Positions 29,754-38,192 of a DNA stretch of 64,000 bases are shown here, piece after piece; the stretch's first letter is position 1; each line of letters starts with the position of its first letter. Position numbers and translations under genes: made by a program. The DNA comes from Dehalococcoidia bacterium (lineage in GTDB: Bacteria; Chloroflexota; Dehalococcoidia; Bin125), in contig OY820591.1 in assembly GCA_963555985.3 (NCBI GenBank), positions 2,656,001 to 2,720,000 of the forward strand. Direction: 5' to 3'. The notes under the pieces were generated by a model. The model ran no database searches. It was given only the letters and a program-made list of their open reading frames with translations, and was not told the DNA's origin.

Positions 29754-30432
29754 CGCCAGCCGCCGCGCCACTGCTGCGATGCCGCTCACGAAGCGCCCGC
29801 GGCGGGAACAGATTCAGCGTCTCAACACCCCTGATGGCAATCCCCCCGGGGGCTTGATCATCGCGGGCGAGACGACCGTCTATATAGACGGACCAGGCGA
29901 TTCCGGCTGTGGCCTGGTCGCTCTGAGCCGGAGTCAGGTAGCAGCGAAACGGATGCGGCAACTGTGCGCCGCCAACGGTCGCGTAGGCGTCCGCGCCAGT
30001 CTGAACCGCTTCTATCTCTCCAAAGACGGAAAGGCTTGCCCGGCCTGCTCTGACGGGCGTCACTCCGAGCCAGGCGTCGCCTGAGCTAAATCTCACCGCT
30101 CCGTCGGCCGGGCAGGCGGCCAACATCGATTGCAAGGCTTCTTGCGCCGGCGCCTGCGCAGGCATACCGGCCGCCAGCCCAACCGCGAGCTCCCAGTACG
30201 CCGCGCCAACCCGTTCCGCCACCTCCGTATCGCCCTCTGACAGCAGGTCGAGCTGGATATGCAGGTCGTCATCCTCAGCATCCAGTTTCACGATCTCGCG
30301 CCGCAGCTTTACAGCAGTCGCGTACTCGTGCTCCAGCGCGGACAACAGGCGATCGAGAGCTGTGAGCGAGTCGCCCAGCGAACCGACAGTGTGCTCGCCG
30401 GCTACACCAAAACAGATCGTGGCCAAGCCCAT
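29746..30432 (-). CDS. Hypothetical protein upstream of the PIN gene (putative partner)
   Basis: Purine-rich RBS (GAAGGAGG) before ATG 30432; overlaps the PIN start; no domain recognised. Confidence 0.6.
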   Translation of the reverse strand: MGLATICFGVAGEHTVGSLGDSLTALDRLLSALEHEYATAVKLRREIVKLDAEDDDLHIQLDLLSEGDTEVAERVGAAYWELAVGLAAGMPAQAPAQEALQSMLAACPADGAVRFSSGDAWLGVTPVRAGRASLSVFGEIEAVQTGADAYATVGGAQLPHPFRCYLTPAQSDQATAGIAWSVYIDGRLARDDQAPGGIAIRGVETLNLFPPRALRERHRSSGAAAGGG

Positions 30433-30473
30433 CACGACCTTCCCTTCCTCCTTCCACACCCTACCCAACCCTC

Positions 30474-31556
30474 TCAGCTCCCGCCGACCGCCTCCGCGAT
30501 CATCCCGCCCAACGCCGCCGTAGCCAACGGCTCATCCCCCTCCGAGGCCAAGTCCGCCGGGCGGTGACCGGCGGCCAGCGTAGCCATCACCGCCTGCTCA
30601 ATCGCCGATGCCTCCTCCTCCAGACCAAAGGAGTAGCGCAGCATCAGCGCCGCGCTCAGAATCATCGCCATCGGATTGGCGATCCCCTGACCGGCGATAT
30701 CCGGCGCAGTACCGTGAATCGGCTCGTAGAGACCGCTCGAACCTGCGCCCAACGACGCCGACGGCAGCATCCCCATCGATCCCGCCAGCATCGACGCCTC
30801 ATCCGTGAGAATGTCGCCGAACATGTTCTCCGTCACGATCACGTCGAAGTAGGACGGGTGCCGGATCAAGTCCATCGCGCAAGCGTCGACCAGGCGGTGC
30901 TCCAGCGTGACGTCCGGGTACTCAGGAGCGATCTCGTCGGCGATCTCGCGCCACATCCGCGAGGTATCGAGGATGTTCGCCTTATCCACCGAGGTCAGCA
31001 AGCCGCGCCGCGCTCGCGCCGTCTCGAAGCCCAGCCGCACGATCCGCTCCACCTCCGGTTCGGAGTACGCGAGCGTATCCACCGCCTTCCGTTCGCCATC
31101 CTCTTCCCAGCGCCGCTGCGGTTCGCCGAAGTAAATGCCCCCGGTCAACTCGCGCAGCACGACCATATCGACCGCCTCCACCGTCTCGCGCTTGAGCGGC
31201 GTGCTGTCCGCCAGAATCGGCAGCATCTTCACGGGGCGAATATTGGCGAACAGCCCCAAACCCTTACGCAGACCCAAAATCGCCTGCTCCGGACGCACGC
31301 TCGCCTTCGGGTCGTCCCATTTCGGGCCGCCCACCGCGCCGAACAGCACCGCGTCCTGCGCCTTGCACATCTCCAGCGTTTCGTCGCGCAGCGCGACGCC
31401 GTGCGCATCGATCGAGGCTCCGCCGACCAGATCTTCGGTGTAGGCGAAGGAGTGATCGAAGCGTCCCCCAACCGCATCGAGCACGCGCACAGCTTGAGCG
31501 ATCACTTCGCCGCCGATCCCGTCGCCGGGTAGCAGCGCGATGTCGTAATGGGCCAT
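30474..31556 (-). CDS. leuB: 3-isopropylmalate dehydrogenase
   Basis: LPGDGIG.EV, GAVGGPKWD, RELTGGIYFG, NMFGDILTD, LYEPIHGTAPDIAG. Confidence 0.98.
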   Translation of the reverse strand: MAHYDIALLPGDGIGGEVIAQAVRVLDAVGGRFDHSFAYTEDLVGGASIDAHGVALRDETLEMCKAQDAVLFGAVGGPKWDDPKASVRPEQAILGLRKGLGLFANIRPVKMLPILADSTPLKRETVEAVDMVVLRELTGGIYFGEPQRRWEEDGERKAVDTLAYSEPEVERIVRLGFETARARRGLLTSVDKANILDTSRMWREIADEIAPEYPDVTLEHRLVDACAMDLIRHPSYFDVIVTENMFGDILTDEASMLAGSMGMLPSASLGAGSSGLYEPIHGTAPDIAGQGIANPMAMILSAALMLRYSFGLEEEASAIEQAVMATLAAGHRPADLASEGDEPLATAALGGMIAEAVGGS

Positions 31557-31568
31557 ATCTCGGTATTC

Positions 31569-31772
31569 CTAATCGTCGCTTGAGCGCTCAGCCTGAGCGC
31601 GCTCCGCTGTCACTCAACAGCCGGGATCGCCGTAGTTGCCGCAGCAGTTGTCGAGTCTGCGCAGCTTAATCCAGTTGTTCGCCAAGAGCCCGCGAACGGC
31701 GTCGCGCAGACTCTCGGCGCGGCGCAGATTGACAAGCGAGTCCCTGAACGAAGGAGTCGGATGCCGCCCCAT
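31569..31772 (-). CDS. Small CCGxYGxPGC protein 1; candidate selenoprotein (TGA 31614-31616 read as Sec, extended to TAG 31569)
   Basis: MGRHPTPSFRDSLVNLRR...NCCGNYGDPGC-[TGA]-VTAERAQAERSSDD*; hairpin GCGCTCA-GGC-TGAGCGC with loop about 20 nt after the TGA. Without readthrough the CDS is 31614..31772. Confidence 0.65.
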
Positions 31773-31884
31773 GTTCAAGCTCCGTTCGCGCCTGCTTGCA
31801 CAGCCATGGTATCGCCGCCCGCCCCAGCAGGCCGACAAAACAACCGCGCGATCTCGCAACAGACCAAGCCCCCAGTCCCCAGCC

Positions 31885-32091
31885 CTACTCCTCCGGCGGA
31901 CGCTCAGCCTGAGCGCGTTCCGCCGTCACTCAACAGCCCGGCGCGCCATAGTCGCCGCAGCAGCTTCGGCGCCTCCACAGCCGATCCCAAGCGATAATCA
32001 GCAGACCCACGGCGACTCCAAGGCCGCTGTGACCGGCGCGGCGCAGATTGGCGATCGTATCGCCGAAGGAGGGAGCAAGCCGCCGCCTCAA
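31885..32091 (-). CDS. Small CCGxYGxPGC protein 2 (not in ORF track); candidate selenoprotein (TGA 31930-31932)
   Basis: TTG 32091 with GGAGG RBS; (M)RRRLAPSFGDTIANLRR...SCCGDYGAPGC-[TGA]-VTAERAQAERPPEE*; same hairpin. Without readthrough 31930..32091. Confidence 0.6.
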
Positions 32092-32107
32092 GCTCAGCCT
32101 CCGATCC

Positions 32108-33163
32108 TCAATCAGTCCCGCCCTGGCAGCCGTCCGGATCAGGATAGAACTGCGCGCAATAGGCCCGAAAGGCCATGATCTCGCCGTCCGAACGGCACAG
32201 ACGCGGACGCGACAGGTAGCGTTTGCGCCCCCAGATCACCTGATCCTGCCGCACTCCGTGCAGTTGCTCCGCGATCAGGAACTTGTTCACGAGCGGCGCG
32301 CGCAACGGCCGCGGCAGAAAACCCAGCCCCGCGAACCGGCGTTTGGGCCGCCGGATCTCGCGCACTTGCGTGACCAGCGTCAGCTCGATCAGCGTCCCGT
32401 CGACCGGCGTGGCCAGCGTCCACAGCCGCGTCTCCATATCGACCGAGCGCTCGTGAACCTCCACAAAGGAATAGCCCAGCCCCACCGCCGTCACCTTGAC
32501 GAACATGTCGTAGCCGCGAACCGGCACGCCGGCGTAGTGCACATCAGGCTTGAAGCTGAAGGCCGTGCGCAGCACCGGACCATCGACCGACACATCACCC
32601 ACCTGCTCCACATTGTCGAAGCCGTGTACGTAGGTCAGGTGCGCCAGGTCGACGGCGTTCTCAGTCGTCTCCTGGGGATGGCCCCGAAAGCGCGTCTTCC
32701 GAATCTCCACACCGCTCCAGTCGTCTTGATCCGGCTCCTCCGCTGGCAGCCGCCATTGCGGCTCGCGACCGCCCAACCCCCACCAGGCGAAAATCTGCCC
32801 CGCGATCTCCTGCGTCTCATAGACGCCCAACCGCGCCGAGCGCGGCGGCGCCGCGAACGGCGTCGCCACGCACTGCCCCCCGCTCTCGAACTCGAAGCCG
32901 TGGAACGGGCACACCAGCCGGCCCCCGCGCACGCGCCCGCCCGCCTCCGGACTCAGATTGGAGCCGAGATGCGGGCAATGCGCAGCGGCGACGCAAATCT
33001 TCCCCTGCTCGTCGCACCAGACGACGATCTCCTCGCCCATCCAGGTCTTGCCCAACAGCTTCGCCCGCTCCACTTCCCGACGGCTCGCGACGAAATACCA
33101 GCCCTCGGGAAACGGATACGGCGATTGGCGGTCTGCGGGCGCTCCCGGTCGAGTCTGCTGCAT
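32108..33163 (-). CDS. Rieske non-heme iron oxygenase (KshA / Neverland-like)
   Basis: YPFPEGWY, Rieske ligands CPHLG...CPFHG, mononuclear iron motif ENAVDLAHLTYVH. Confidence 0.88.
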   Translation of the reverse strand: MQQTRPGAPADRQSPYPFPEGWYFVASRREVERAKLLGKTWMGEEIVVWCDEQGKICVAAAHCPHLGSNLSPEAGGRVRGGRLVCPFHGFEFESGGQCVATPFAAPPRSARLGVYETQEIAGQIFAWWGLGGREPQWRLPAEEPDQDDWSGVEIRKTRFRGHPQETTENAVDLAHLTYVHGFDNVEQVGDVSVDGPVLRTAFSFKPDVHYAGVPVRGYDMFVKVTAVGLGYSFVEVHERSVDMETRLWTLATPVDGTLIELTLVTQVREIRRPKRRFAGLGFLPRPLRAPLVNKFLIAEQLHGVRQDQVIWGRKRYLSRPRLCRSDGEIMAFRAYCAQFYPDPDGCQGGTD

Positions 33164-33399
33164 GCGGCGCTCCGTATCCAGCATAGTCAGAGGCGGCAAT
33201 TCAGGTTGCTGGTCTGCCGACCTGTAATTATGTGACCAACCGGTTCCGCGCAATCCCCGCACGTTCGTGAAGTCACTCGAACTTTACTCTGCAATCTCTC
33301 GAATCATCTGATGTTCGTACAAACCCTCGTGCATTTCTCGGGAGATGCTAGACTTGCCTCAATGGGGCGAACTGGAGCAGCCTGCGAGGGACAACGCTG

Positions 33400-35448
33400 A
33401 TGGTGCTTGCGACAGACGCTTCGACAGGCCGCGCGGCCGGCGCGGCAACGCCGTCGTTCACCCTGCCTGACGAACTGGTCCTGATGCTGCTCAACGAAGA
33501 GAGCGGCTACTTCTACCAGGTACCGGGCTGGAGCATGAACTGCGCCCTGGTCGGCGCAGCGATCGCCGAACTCTCCTTCATCGGCCGCATCGACAGCGAT
33601 ATCGAGTCGCTGATCTTGCTGGACGCCACCGAGACCGGCGATCCCAACCTGGACCCGATCCTGCGTGAGATCGCGGCGGAATCGCAGCAACACAATATCC
33701 GCTACTGGATCGAACGACTCGCGCCGCAGGCCGAAACGATCGTCCAGCAGACGCTGGATCGCCTCATTGAGCACGGCGTCCTCGAACACCATCCCGGCGA
33801 GTTCTGGACGATCTCCCAGTTCGCCTTGCAGTCCCTCGTCGAGCACGACGGCGAGCGCGTCGAGTTCGTCAAAACCCGCGTCCGCCGAATCATCTTCGCC
33901 GATCAACTGCCCGACCCGCGCGACGTGATCATCATCGCCCTCGCCAATGCCTGTGGTGTACTCCGATACATCTACGAACTCAACGAGCCCTTTCCCGAGC
34001 GCATCCAGTGGATCAGCCGCATGGACCTGATCGGCCAGGCGATTGGCGAGGCGGTCGCCGATAGCATCGCCGCGCCGGTGCTGCGTCACGCCCCCTTGAC
34101 CAAGCCGATCCCCAACGTCCCGCTGCGCGAACTGGCCTTCAATCGTCATCTCCGCGCCGGCCGGCTGCCGGCGTTTTTCGCCTCGCTCGCCGAGAAGCAT
34201 GGCCCGGTCTTCCAGATCCGCCCTCCCTTCCGCGACCCCATGATCGTGCTCGCCGGTCTGGAAACGAACCAGTGGGCTCATCGCCAGGGGCGGCTGCACC
34301 TGCGCTCGCAGGATTACTTCCAGGAGGTCAACCGAGTCTACGGCTCGGCCCGCTCGATCCATTCGATGGACGGCGCCGACCACTTCCGCTATCGCAAGAC
34401 GATGCAGCCGGCCTATTCGCGGGAGATGCTGGTCGAGCGGCTCAACGAGACCTATGACAATGCGCGCGCGCATCTGGCCACCTGGCAGGTCGGCGACGCG
34501 CTCCCGGCCCAGCAGATGCTGCGGCCGCTGATGAACGCCCAAGTCTCGCCGCTCTTGACCAGCACCCACACCCAAGACTTGATCGACAATGTCCTGAAAC
34601 ACAAGATGCGGGTGCTCAACGTCGGCCTGGTCAAGCTCCTGCCCAAGTTCATGCTGCGTACCCCGATGGCGCGGCGGCGGGCAAAGGTCACCGACCAGCT
34701 GACCGAGCGCATCATGGAAGCGCACACCCCCGGCCAACGCGCGGGACAACCCCGAGACGTGGTCGACGACTACCTGAGCCTGCACGCCTCCGATCCCCAA
34801 TTCCTGCCCGAGACCGACCTCGGCGTGCCGATGGGCACGATGTTGATGGCCAGTATGTACATGGGCGATCAACTCGGCTTTGCCCTCTATGCCCTGGTCA
34901 GGGATCCCGAGCTCTACGCGCGCGTCGAAGCCGAAGCCGACGCCCTCTTCGCCAACGGCGACCCGACCGAGACCGACCTCACCCTCGAGAACATCGACGT
35001 GACCCACCGAGTGTTGATGGAGAGCCTGCGGCTCACCCCGATCGTGCCGATGGCGATGCGCACCGTGATGAACACCTGCGTGGTCGAGGGCTGCGAACTG
35101 CCGGTCGGCGCCTCGGTCTACATCGCCAATACGGCCGCGCACTACATGGGGAGCGTCTTCCCGAACCCCTGGAAGTTCGATATCGACCGCTATCTGCCGC
35201 CGCGCAACGAGCATGCCGGCGAAGGCTATTCACCCTACGGACTGGGCACGCACGCCTGCCTCGGCTTCCGCTGGTCCGAACTGCACCTGGCGCTCAACCT
35301 GCTGATGCTGACGCACTACTTCAAGCTGGAGTTCGCCCGTCCCTACAAGCAGCTGCCGATGGACCCCTTCCCCTCCCAGTCGCCCAGCAACAAACTCAAA
35401 TTCCGCATCGCCCAGCAACGCCACCCCCTGCCCGCAGCCCCCGCTTGA
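33400..35448 (+). CDS. GPP34/GOLPH3-like domain fused to cytochrome P450
   Basis: N-terminal ~220 aa TLPDELVLMLL..ESG...ALVGAAIAEL...GRI (GPP34-like); C-terminal ESLR (ExxR), FDIDRY, YGLGTHACLG heme motif. Confidence 0.85.
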   Translation: MVLATDASTGRAAGAATPSFTLPDELVLMLLNEESGYFYQVPGWSMNCALVGAAIAELSFIGRIDSDIESLILLDATETGDPNLDPILREIAAESQQHNIRYWIERLAPQAETIVQQTLDRLIEHGVLEHHPGEFWTISQFALQSLVEHDGERVEFVKTRVRRIIFADQLPDPRDVIIIALANACGVLRYIYELNEPFPERIQWISRMDLIGQAIGEAVADSIAAPVLRHAPLTKPIPNVPLRELAFNRHLRAGRLPAFFASLAEKHGPVFQIRPPFRDPMIVLAGLETNQWAHRQGRLHLRSQDYFQEVNRVYGSARSIHSMDGADHFRYRKTMQPAYSREMLVERLNETYDNARAHLATWQVGDALPAQQMLRPLMNAQVSPLLTSTHTQDLIDNVLKHKMRVLNVGLVKLLPKFMLRTPMARRRAKVTDQLTERIMEAHTPGQRAGQPRDVVDDYLSLHASDPQFLPETDLGVPMGTMLMASMYMGDQLGFALYALVRDPELYARVEAEADALFANGDPTETDLTLENIDVTHRVLMESLRLTPIVPMAMRTVMNTCVVEGCELPVGASVYIANTAAHYMGSVFPNPWKFDIDRYLPPRNEHAGEGYSPYGLGTHACLGFRWSELHLALNLLMLTHYFKLEFARPYKQLPMDPFPSQSPSNKLKFRIAQQRHPLPAAPA

Positions 35449-35632
35449 TCCCCCCCTTGAGAGCCTGTCCCCGCGCAGGCGGGGAGGGAGATGCCCCAAC
35501 GGGGCAGAGGGGGTGAAAACCCCACACCCAGCACAGACGCTGCAACCCAGATCCCCGCTCCTCCAACCTACAATCGATCTCCCCCTTGAGGGGGAGATGC
35601 CCCAGAGGGGCAGAGGGGGTGAGAACCCCACA
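35449..35632 (+). repeat. Two REP-like double-hairpin repeats (family A), the first with a nested palindrome
   Basis: CTCCCCCTTGAGGGGGAG-ATGCCCC..GGGGCA-GAGGGGGTGA; nested GAGCCTGTCCCCGCGCAGGCGGGGA at 35461; lies between convergent genes. Confidence 0.85.
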
Positions 35633-35673
35633 CCCGGCATAGACGCTCCAATTCAACTCCTCAACACCCAGCC

Positions 35674-38118
35674 CTACGGCGCGTCCCCCGCCGCCTCGTC
35701 GGACTCGCCCCACAGCCGCTCCAACCTCGAACGCAGGCGCATGTTCTGATACGCACCCCAGATCGTCATCGCCGGCGGAACCAGCACGGTCGAGACGATC
35801 AGCGCATAAGCGATCGTGATCGCCGCCGTGATCCCGAACTCCTGAATTGAAATCAGCGGAGAGAAAATCAGCACGCCCAGCCCAAGCGCCGTCGTCAGAG
35901 CCGAACCCAGCAACGCCGAACCGGTCGTCCCCAGCGTGCGGATCGCCGCCTGCTCCGGGTTGCGCAGGCGCGTGTACTCCTCCCGATAACGATGAATCAC
36001 GTGGATCGTGTAGTCCACGCCGATCCCGATCGAGAGCGCGGTGATCATGGACGTGACCAGCGTGTAGGGAATGCCGAACAGCGCCATCGTGCCCAGCACC
36101 CAGAGCAACGCCAGCACAATCGGCGCGACCGCGATCACCGCCAGCGCCGGTTGCCGCAAGGTGACCCAGAAGAACACGATCAGAATGACTAGCGCGACCA
36201 CAATCGTCGTCGCGATCGCCTCCGTCTGCCGGCTTGTGATCTCGTCCGTCACCGCGACCGAGACGATACTCTCGGACGCCGCCGTGATCGCGTCGTCGTC
36301 GCCACCCCAGAGCGCTTCCAGTTCGCCCTGGATCTGCTTGGTGCGATCGGGATCGAGCACATAGGCCGGAAATTGCACCAGGATCGTATCGATCCCGGCC
36401 GGATCGTTGACCAGATGATCCGCGAGCGAAGGATCAACTCGCTCCAGCCCGTCGAGCAAGTCCTGCGTCCGCTCAGGATCAACCCCCAATTGGGCCGCGT
36501 CGTTGTCGAACAGCGCCGCCAGACCCGCGTCGTAACGGTCGCCGGGTTCGCCGCTGTCATCGATCCAGTCGTAAGCCAACTGCTCGTAGGAGCCCTCGAG
36601 CGGCCCGACGGCCGCAGCCGGGCGGCGCTGCTCGTCCTCGAACGCGAGCCGCAGCTCTCGCAGATTCAGCAACGTGCGCGTCTCCGTCGCTTCGGCCTCG
36701 ATCAGGACGTTGATCAACTGCGTAGAGCCGCCCACCGCCGCCTCCACCGTGTCCAGATCCTCCAACACCTCGCCCCCGCGCGGCAAAATATCGCGGATGC
36801 TGAACCGCGCTTCGATCCCCGTCGCCGCAATCCCGAGCCCGATCGACACGGCCGCAACGGCGATGATGTAGGGCGCAGGCCGGCGCGTCACCGAGCGGCC
36901 CAGCGCTTCCGCCGCCCGCTCCACCCCCGGCAGCGCGTTTGCAACCAGCCGCGGCTGCGTCAGACCGTCTCGAGCCTCGCGCCGGCGATCCAGAATCACC
37001 CGCGCCGCCGGAATCAGCGTCAGCATCACGATCAAACTCAGACCCACCCCCAGACCGGCCACGATCCCGAAGTCGTTGACCGCCGGAATCGGCGAGATCA
37101 AAGCCACCAGGAAACTCACGATCGTCGTCACCGCCGCCAGCGTCAGCGGGACCAGCACGTGGCGCAGACCGGCCCGCACCGCCTCCAGCGCCGGACGATC
37201 GGCAATACGTTGCTCGCGATAGTGCGAGACCGCCTGAATCGCGTAGTCCACCGTCAGACTGATCACGATGATCGGAATCATCACCGTGAGACCATTGGGC
37301 GGCCCGATCAGGTTCAGCGCATCCGGACCCAACCAACCCTCGATCCCAATCACCCAGATCAGCGACATCAGCAGCCCGCCCAGCGTCAGCAACAAATCCG
37401 AAATCGAGCGCAGGAAAATCAGCACCAAGACCGCGATCACGATCAGCGACGCCGCGATCAGCGTCCCGACTCCGTCCCGGCCGGCGCGATACTCGTCCTC
37501 GATCAGCGTCGGCGACACGCTGCTCACGCTCAGCGCCCCCGCGTCCTCGGAGGCCAACTCGTGGATGCGGCGCTCAGCCCGCTGGAGCCGCTCGTCGCCC
37601 GGATCACGCAGCCGAATCGTCGCAATCGCAATCGGCGTGCCGTCCGTGTCGGTACCCGTCATCGCCGCCAGCCCCGGCGCAATCTGCGGCGCAGCCGAAA
37701 CCTCGTCAATCTGCCCCTGCGAGACCGACTCGAAACCCTCCACTTGCAGCGCCGCCCCCAGCAGCCACGCCGGCGAGACCACCGGATCCGCCTCCACCAG
37801 CAGCCCGCGCACCTCCTCGTCGCCAACGATCCGATCGCTCAACGCCTGCATCTGCGCGAGCCCGGCCGGCGTCAGCGACTCCCCCCGAAACACCAGCGTC
37901 GTCGTGCTCACCTGACCAGACGCCGCGAACTGTTCCTCGATCCGCTCCATCGCCGCCACGATCGGGCTGTCGGGCGGGAAAAAACCGTCCGTCTCGTCCA
38001 ACGCCGCCCGCTGCGGCACCCCCGCCGCCAGCACCACCGTGACGACGACCAACACGCCAATCGTCAAATACGGACGAGCCGTAATCACGCGGCTCAGGTT
38101 GTCGAGTATCGGAGGCAT
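35674..38118 (-). CDS. MMPL/RND-family transporter
   Basis: Two hydrophobic repeats with SLTVDYAIQ / GIGVDYTIH motifs and large extracytoplasmic loops. Confidence 0.9.
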   Translation of the reverse strand: MPPILDNLSRVITARPYLTIGVLVVVTVVLAAGVPQRAALDETDGFFPPDSPIVAAMERIEEQFAASGQVSTTTLVFRGESLTPAGLAQMQALSDRIVGDEEVRGLLVEADPVVSPAWLLGAALQVEGFESVSQGQIDEVSAAPQIAPGLAAMTGTDTDGTPIAIATIRLRDPGDERLQRAERRIHELASEDAGALSVSSVSPTLIEDEYRAGRDGVGTLIAASLIVIAVLVLIFLRSISDLLLTLGGLLMSLIWVIGIEGWLGPDALNLIGPPNGLTVMIPIIVISLTVDYAIQAVSHYREQRIADRPALEAVRAGLRHVLVPLTLAAVTTIVSFLVALISPIPAVNDFGIVAGLGVGLSLIVMLTLIPAARVILDRRREARDGLTQPRLVANALPGVERAAEALGRSVTRRPAPYIIAVAAVSIGLGIAATGIEARFSIRDILPRGGEVLEDLDTVEAAVGGSTQLINVLIEAEATETRTLLNLRELRLAFEDEQRRPAAAVGPLEGSYEQLAYDWIDDSGEPGDRYDAGLAALFDNDAAQLGVDPERTQDLLDGLERVDPSLADHLVNDPAGIDTILVQFPAYVLDPDRTKQIQGELEALWGGDDDAITAASESIVSVAVTDEITSRQTEAIATTIVVALVILIVFFWVTLRQPALAVIAVAPIVLALLWVLGTMALFGIPYTLVTSMITALSIGIGVDYTIHVIHRYREEYTRLRNPEQAAIRTLGTTGSALLGSALTTALGLGVLIFSPLISIQEFGITAAITIAYALIVSTVLVPPAMTIWGAYQNMRLRSRLERLWGESDEAAGDAP

Positions 38119-38192
38119 GGTTCAGCAGGATAATCGAGCTCCGCAAACACCCGCCGTTGACCCCATCTCCGCGCCGTGTCTAGAGTGTCGCC

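Noticed and set aside
33212-33240. dif-like sequence GCCGA..TTATGT near the skew change
   Set aside because: Arm spacing and the XerD arm do not fit the 11-6-11 dif layout.
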